The notes beneath the pieces are model-generated. The model was not told the DNA's origin. It made no database searches and saw only the letters and a list, made by a program, of their open reading frames with translations. Of a stretch of DNA of 44,385 nt, positions 37,472-44,385 are shown one piece after another. Each line of letters starts with the position of its first letter. Within the stretch, counting starts at the first letter, position 1. Source of the stretch: Octopus bimaculoides (lineage: Eukaryota); NCBI RefSeq assembly GCF_001194135.2, contig NC_068981.1:47994433-48038817 (forward strand). Direction: 5' to 3'. Made by a program: the position numbers and the translations under genes.

Positions 37472-37588
37472 AAAGATCGCAGTAAACTTCCGGTCGAACG
37501 GACAGTCATGTTGAAGTTTCTACGAACATTACGTTCGTGGCCATTTCAACATAACTGTCCATTCGAACGGAATTGTAATGCGATCTTT
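37472..37588. mobile_element. ~117-bp hairpin MITE-like element
   Basis: 44-bp arms aaagatcgcagtaaacttccggtcgaacggacagtcatgttgaa / ttcaacataactgtccattcgaacggaattgtaatgcgatcttt with 6 mismatches, plus an inner acgaac/gttcgt hairpin. Confidence 0.75.
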
Positions 37589-37727
37589 TAACCCAAAGAG
37601 GATTAAACATATTACGAGCAGGGGAGCAAACCTCTACCACCTTCTAGCAATGGCACCCGCAGGCCAGTATGGTTTAGGTCTATTTCTGCATTTTTTCTGC
37701 AACTGGCACATCATCTGCTAGAGATGA

Positions 37728-38260
37728 ATTTTTTTTTTTTAATGAGGATAATTTATATCCTACATAGAGGGGACAAAACAAGACAAACAATTACTGTTAT
37801 TATGAGTTCGTATGATACTTATTTCTTTAAAATATTGAATGATATATAATTAAAATTTGATTTTTTGGGGTGGGAATTAAACCTGATGGGCTGAAAAGCC
37901 CAGTGACACCTTTTGCTTTTTCCCTGAGGATTAAGCATGGTCACTTACCTACCTTTCTTATCACAGCCTTCCATCGTTTCTCGAACACACCTCGGGGTAG
38001 GCATGTCTACTCCAGCCCTATCTTGCTCTTCAGATGACATCTGAAGGATGTCAGCAAACCAGGGCCGGAGATGAAGGATCCTGTCACGAGTCCTTGCAAT
38101 CTGGTCTTCCACACACACTCTTTCAACACTGCCACTGAACAGAGAAAATATGCCTCACCTTCCTTTGAGAGTCCGGTTGGCAGCACAACCTGTATTACAG
38201 ACTCAGCTGATAGCTGTACTCTGCCTAGGTGTGACAACACGTGTTGAACATAAATTATCA
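37728..38260 (-). mobile_element. Tx1/L1-like LINE 3' end with poly(A)
   Basis: YVQHVLSHLGRVQLSAES...FLCSVAVLKECVWKTRLQG...HLKSKIGLE(fs)...GVFEKRWKAV.RKVG*, followed by a UTR ending ...tatcctcatt(A)n at ~37740-37728. Clade assigned from recalled C-terminal pattern only. Confidence 0.55.
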
Positions 38261-38469
38261 ATCCTATGGATTTATTCTACATGATTTTTTGGTATAATAC
38301 TCGCTCCTGCAGCCTTCAATTGATTGCATTTTAAAAACGTGCATTTTTCAAAACTTAAAACATTCCATCTTCTAAGGTATCTTCCTTCGTCTCAGTAATA
38401 TTTGTTTGTCTCTTGTGAGCCATAACTCAGCATAATGTAATTCTACGTCCGTGCATTCCTGTAAGAAAG

Positions 38470-38620
38470 ACGATAGTGCTGCTGCTGCTGCTGATGACGA
38501 TGATGATGATGATGATGATGAAGATGATAATGATTATGATAGTGATGATGAAGATGATGATGATGAGGATGACGACGACGAAGATGATAGTGATGATGAT
38601 GATCATGACGATGATGATGA
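38470..38620. repeat. (GAT)n imperfect microsatellite
   Basis: Directly visible. Confidence 0.9.
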
Positions 38621-41352
38621 AGCTGTTGTTTTCAATATTCTTTTTTGGTAAACAGCCACAGTTGTTTGAAACAATAAGCATAATAATCCTCAACCCTCTC
38701 AATACGCTTATCTTTGTTACTCTCAGTTCATCCCCGCTTTCTTTGTATCACCTACATCCTCTTTTTTCAGAACTATCGATTTGTTCAAAATGATGTCTGG
38801 CAATCTCTCTAGATGGTAGAGCATGATTGGTCTACATTTCCTTGCCCTCATAGTTCAAAATCTATGAGTTACTCTCTTGAGTGCTACATTTATTTTTCTT
38901 CACAATTTTATTTTTACCAGCCACAAACGCGAAATTTTTATCGTACACAACTGCATTCTTTGTAGAAGGCTATTCATAATTCGCAAAGAACACAACCTTA
39001 AAAGTAGTATCAACAAGGTCTGCCAATCTAGAATGGAAGAAGGCAGATGCTTGTTATATTCAGAGGGTAAAATGCGTAGCGTGATATTTGGTTTGTAAAA
39101 CAAGTTTTGCTTCCAGGAGAAATGTCAAATACTGTTCTTCATGTAAATATCCAAACTGCCGCTGAAAATTTAAGGAAGCTGAAAAAGAATTGACGATAAA
39201 TAGTAGGAAAGTGAATGATTTACGTTGAAAAAACTGTGAGGATTTGTGAGATAAAGACCACGGGCTATGGTTCACGGACGGAAATAAGGATAGAGAAAAT
39301 TAATGGGTAATCGTAACCGTTGAAGAAAAGGCTTGATAAAGGAGTGACAATTTATAATAATATCACAAACATTAATTAGAAAAGGAATGCCAAAGGTATA
39401 AATCAGTTGTTAAGTGAATGTATTGAAATATATCAAAACGCATATAAGCGTAGGTGTGACTATATCAGGAATAAAAACTATATCGTTAATAAAAACTGAG
39501 GCTCCGCTGGTGGATTATAATCAGATGATCTTATGGGCTATCTCACAAAGCAAAAAATGCAATATCAATGGAAGGATAACCAATAGTATCGAAGAAGATT
39601 GACTGAAATAGGTCAACAGTATAAAAGAAATAGGCTAATATTGACATAGCAATTCCATTAGATAATGGAGTGGATACCAAAGAAATTGAAGAAAACAGAC
39701 AACCATCAAGACCTCACATGAGAGATGACGCGATTCAGGAAGATCAAGGTTAATTTTTTTCTGGGGCACGTGGCACAAAACACTAACTGTTAACGACGAG
39801 GCTGAAGACTATTGTAATTGAAACATGCACTGTAGATTTGCAGAAAAACGAATGTCCTCAATTCTGGGAGAACCATATGAAAGATTCTTGAGATTTGAGA
39901 AGATATAATAAAACCTGAAGATCATATCTATGATATCTAAGCTCGAACGTAGGAATTTTAATATTAATAATCCTATCAAGATGATTATCATTTACACCAA
40001 TGAGAATGTATAGGAATATTAGTGTGCACCAAATCTGAGTTGTAACTTTCTCTGGAGACGATGGAAAAACATAAATCTTGTGCACAATTCACTCAAAATA
40101 ATTCAATCTGAGATTGTACAGCGAGATAATATGTAGTGTGCTAATGTCTCATATGTTAGAGACTGTTGAATGTGGTAAATATGGACGACAGAATTCGCTT
40201 TCTTACGTAAAGAAATGAATGCAAATGATGTTTCTATAAATATTACGAAAGGTATTTTCGGATGTATTCGAATATACATGCACTTCCTCACTCTCTCTAC
40301 TCTCTCTCTCCATCTCCCGCTCACTCGCTCTACTCTCTCGCTCTCTGTTTCTCCCTCCTCACTTTCTCTCTCACACGCACCCATAGAAATATTTAAATGA
40401 TAAGAAGAGGAATGAGTATGTACAGAGTGAAAAAGAGATGCAAACATGAAACAAATAACTTATTATGTTAAGCAGGGTGAATTATTTCAACAATTATGCA
40501 GATATCCAAGCAAAAAAATAGTTAGAATATAAATTAGCAATCATTATATTAAAGCCTATTAAAATTGTTGTTAAATTTACTTATTTGTTGCAAGTAATAT
40601 TATATCATATATTTAAAATTAATAAATATATTTAAAAAATGAAGGGAAAAATATAAATATGCAATAGAAATCTATTTCGGGAAGTTAGAATAATAATAAA
40701 TTCAAGGAGAGAAAATAGTTAAATAAACCATAAATCTTTAATATACATGAATATATTTAAGACTAATGGAAATAGTTCAGTACGAAATTTAATTCTGGTA
40801 TAAGATTATCATTGACGTCATAAGAATTTATAATCATCCGAGAGAGCGCTAAATAATTCTTTCTTATGACAGTGGAAATTGAAGAACCCAAACTTATGAA
40901 TATAAAATCATATAAATAATCGACTGAAACACTCCTCTGGATAGAGGACTCTCCGTGAGACACACATCCATGTGTCTTGTCAACATGTCTATCGATGCAG
41001 CAAAGAAATCGATCGAATATTTGTATCAGTTTTAGAAGCGTATACCTACCAGCTTGTAAGTATTTATGGCATCAGCAAAGTCCATGACTAGGTGGATAGA
41101 GGCACCATGGCTGTCATACATACAGGAGTTGTCCAACTATAACTTGAATTCTTAGGTTATGACAAGTTTGGAGTCGAACAAAATACATTTAGTCTAACAT
41201 GGAATAGCTTTACTACCTAGATTTTTTTTAATGTAGATGTAATCCGAGAGTAAAACAAAAGAATACAGTAGTCGAATTGGTGCAAATGATGAGGCATGCA
41301 TAAAAAGTAACACAGAATCATGAGTTGGACATCATATGTATTTATATATATA

Positions 41353-41392
<40 letters not shown>

Positions 41393-41699
41393 NNNNNNNN
41401 NNATATATGCATAAACACACATACATACACTTATATGTAGAAGAAGGATTAACAATTTTTTATATTTAACTTTCTACGCGAGTTTCACTATTGTATAGTT
41501 TCTTAGAACTTTGTGATAGAAGTTCCAAATGCATGGACATGCTCAAGCACAGCAGACACTCAAAGATATATGCAGGTTTGGCATGCGACAATCTATGCAT
41601 GTGTTTGTGCGTGTGTATGTGTGTGTGTGCGGCTATGAATGCGCGCGCGCGTGTGTACGTCTATTTATATCTAAAGTCATAAGCCTGCACTTTCGTTTC

Positions 41700-42232
41700 T
41701 TTTAGATATGCTGCACAAAACATCCTTAAATTGCAGATTGTATATTGTAGATTGTATATGGGGCTTTATTTTACTGGAAAGTAATACATTTGTATTGCAA
41801 TATTTTTTCATTGAAAACCTTTTCATTGTTCTCGTTCTGTTAACGGCTAGACGTTCAGGCGAGTATACTGGCATTGATGAGGCAACATTTGAAATATTGT
41901 CTAGGTAAATGCAGCTGATGAAGACTGATCAGATTTACCTTGACAAACGTATTTGAAAAGTCAGAAACTGGTCCTACATTATCCGATTCCATTTATCGAA
42001 TGTTCTTTCTAGAGGTAAGGCACATTATTAATGTTTGTTGCACTCACACATTTGCCATTATATATGTAGCGAAGGTTTACAATAGCGTCGTATTTGTATC
42101 GACTGCTATTTCCAGTAAATATTGGTGACTTGTTGTTCCACTCAGCTGTATTTATATTTATACTTCTACCCTTATGAGTCTTTATTTTACTGGAAAGTAA
42201 TACATGTGTATTGCAATATTTCTTCTTGAATA
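41700..42232 (+). mobile_element. pLTR / retrozyme-like unit: ~50-bp direct repeats 416 bp apart enclosing a hammerhead
   Basis: tttattttactggaaagtaatacat.tgtattgcaatattt at 41765 and 42181, with the HHR at 41908-41980 between them. The second repeat is cut off by the element at 42233-42531. Confidence 0.55.
41908..41980 (+). ncRNA. Type I hammerhead ribozyme motif, intact core, GUC cleavage triplet
   Basis: AAUGCAG-CUGAUGA(41915-21)-A-GACU...AGUC-A-GAAA(41964-67)-C-UG-GUC(41971-73)-CUACAUU. Stem I pairs 6/7. Helix III ACUGGU is one change from palindromic ACCGGU. The stem II loop contains a caaa/tttg hairpin. Confidence 0.7.
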
Positions 42233-42424
42233 TAGAACTACATGTTAGAGATGAGGAATTATGTACGTTATTTATAATTGACGGATATTTATCCTTATCT
42301 TGTTTGTTGTTAGCACGTTTCGAATGATATACCCTCCAGCCTTGATCAGGTGTCTTGGGCAAATTTCGAACCTGGGTTCTCATGTCTAAGGTATTTTTCG
42401 ATGTTGTTGTCATCATCATCATCA

Positions 42425-42472
<48 letters not shown>

Positions 42473-42531
42473 TCACTTCCTGGAATGGAACTCGGAATGT
42501 TGGGGTTAGTAGTTCGCGCTCTTAACCACTT
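42233..42531 (-). mobile_element. Composite SINE-like element: tRNA-derived head, (AAT)n, pLTR-like tail with degenerate hammerhead
   Basis: Head 42531-42468 AAGTGGTTAAGAGCGCGAACTACTAACCCCAACATTCCGAGTTCCATTCCAGGAAGTGACC (A-box-like AGTGGTTA, B-box-like GTTCCATTCC). Then (AAT)n/(GAT)n, then ...gacac-CUGAUCA-A-GGCUG...CAUUC-GAAACGU (42349-42315). Confidence 0.6.
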
Positions 42532-43322
42532 ATTATTTTTTTAAACAAAATTTACTAGCCTTATATTCTGATACATGTTATTTATCCACACGCACAGACG
42601 AGTATGCACGCATACGGATACGCCTACGCACTCGGGCGCACGCACCTAAAAAAGCACGCACACATATAAACGTATATATTACATATGTAATATGTATCTA
42701 CGCACTATCATGTAAAGTGTATGCGTGTATAAATACATGTGTGTACATATGTATACATGCTATATATGTATGGGGAGCTGTTTGATTAGCTGTAGATGCC
42801 AATGAATTTAACTATGCATATGTTCATATATAATGTATACAAAGCTTTAGAACTGTCTAGAGATATTGTCGCAAAACCTCTTCTACAGACTGCATATGGT
42901 GTGATTATTATAACAGTTTTGAACGTTGCATTAAACAATGTTACATATAACGTAATTGTTTCTACATTCATTCTGCTGAAGTGATGACGACAATCTTATA
43001 ATCATTCGCTTGCTGTGATCATGATATGCACACTATATCGTCTGCGTGCCAATAAATCTTTTTTGAAATAAAGCAGCATATATATACATATATATACATA
43101 CATATATATACATACACACACACACAAACATATATATATNNNNNNNNNNNNNNNNNNNNNNNNNNNNNNNNNNNNNNNNNNNNNNNNNNNNNNNNNNNNN
43201 NNNNNNNNNNNNNNNNNNNNNNNNNNNNNNNNNNNNNNNNNNNNNNNNNNNNNNNNNNNNNNNNNNNNNNNNNNNNNNNNNNNNNNNNNNNNNNNNNNNN
43301 NNNNNNNNNNNNNNNNNNNNNN

Positions 43323-43376
<54 letters not shown>

Positions 43377-44331
43377 GGTCAAAGATACGCCCACAATATA
43401 TCTCCATATTATACATTTATGCACAAACACATCTTCACCACTACAATTTTTACATTGTTCTTTCTGGCAATGTGTTTCCGTGTCAGTATACGTTATACTT
43501 CCATTTTTCATAAAATGTGCATGGCTATAATTATTCCACATACATCAATTAATTATACATCAGTATTGATATGCCGGGTGGTGGGCATAATGTTAGGCGC
43601 ATGCTGTAATACAGATGTTAAAAATGATTAAATTCGAGATGATAATGATTTACGTTTTTCTTCGTGTATATGTGTTCTTAAATTTCTAACACGCACGTAC
43701 ATTCACATAGACGCATATAACCACATGCATATAAAAAAATCTCGTAAACATACACATGTGTATATGCAACACATATGTTTTCAACCACATACCATATGTA
43801 TCACTTACTCGTGATACATATAAAAAATAGAGGCATATTTTTAAAAATAAGAATAATTAAATAAATAGACAGATAAATAAATAAATATATAAATAGATAA
43901 CTAAATATATTTGTCACATACCTGTTATAAATATAAGAAACAGAGATAGATAAAATATAAATAATAAATAAATAAATCCTTCTAATGTGCATGGATACAA
44001 ACAACATACGAAGCGAACCCATGCACACACACGAAAAAGTTCACGGACGGCCACAACAATATCAATAACACGAATAAGAACGATACCAGTAGCTGCAGTG
44101 AAATTTATTGCAATAATAACAACAACTACCACGATGGGAAAACCGTGGGCAAACACACAAACAGAGAGAGATACAGGAACTGTACCAAACGTTCGTGTCT
44201 CAGGACAGCAGTACCACAATGGGGAGAGATGGTGGAGGTGAGGGGAAAACCATACTGTTCGTAAGAACAGTGACATACATGGAAGCACTCACACACACAT
44301 ACACACATGCACACACACACACTCACACACA

Positions 44332-44385
<54 letters not shown>

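Noticed and set aside
39640-39830. IMEWIPKK... RTE-like snippet and a ctgaagac...gaaacatg motif
   Set aside because: Too short and degenerate; no stem I or II pairing for the HHR-like motif.
41708-42300. Hydrophobic frames suggesting a GPCR-like pseudogene or duplicated exon
   Set aside because: Better explained by the pLTR direct repeats and hammerhead; stops are frequent and TM spacing is wrong.
42468-42531. tRNA gene
   Set aside because: 5'-truncated with no acceptor stem or cloverleaf, and followed by (AAT)n. It is a SINE head.
1038-43631. Long ORFs containing X runs or poly-I/L/Y/S/K/HT/CV tracts
   Set aside because: They are artefacts of N-gaps and di-/trinucleotide microsatellites, not genes.
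69-44385. CRISPR array or prokaryotic system
   Set aside because: No regularly spaced repeat-spacer array, operon or cas-like ORF; the sequence is eukaryotic.

Overview
Eukaryotic, AT-rich, microsatellite-saturated draft-assembly DNA with 11 N-gaps. It resembles an Octopus/coleoid cephalopod genome (my inference from repeat content). No host gene, rRNA, true tRNA or CRISPR is recognisable, and most supplied ORFs are microsatellite or gap artefacts. The sequence is a graveyard of decayed mobile elements: at least four Penelope-like retroelement (PLE) bodies (RT, GIY-YIG and N-terminal fragments), a same-strand stack of eight R4/Dong-clade LINE or LINE-like pieces interleaved with (TAA)n at 10.5-15.8 kb, RTE and Tx1/L1-like 3' ends, several Tc1/mariner (DD37D/maT) relics, and foldback MITE-like palindromes. 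The most notable signal is a set of about nine hammerhead-ribozyme (HHR)-like motifs from roughly six unrelated repeat families. Two keep an intact catalytic core (305-369 minus; 41908-41980 plus) and each sits between direct repeats in a retrozyme/pLTR-like unit. One is fused through an (AAT)n spacer to a tRNA-derived Pol III head (42233-42531 minus), a candidate hammerhead-tailed SINE. A 192-bp near-perfect palindrome (4062-4253) and a few weak minus-strand exon candidates are also reported.
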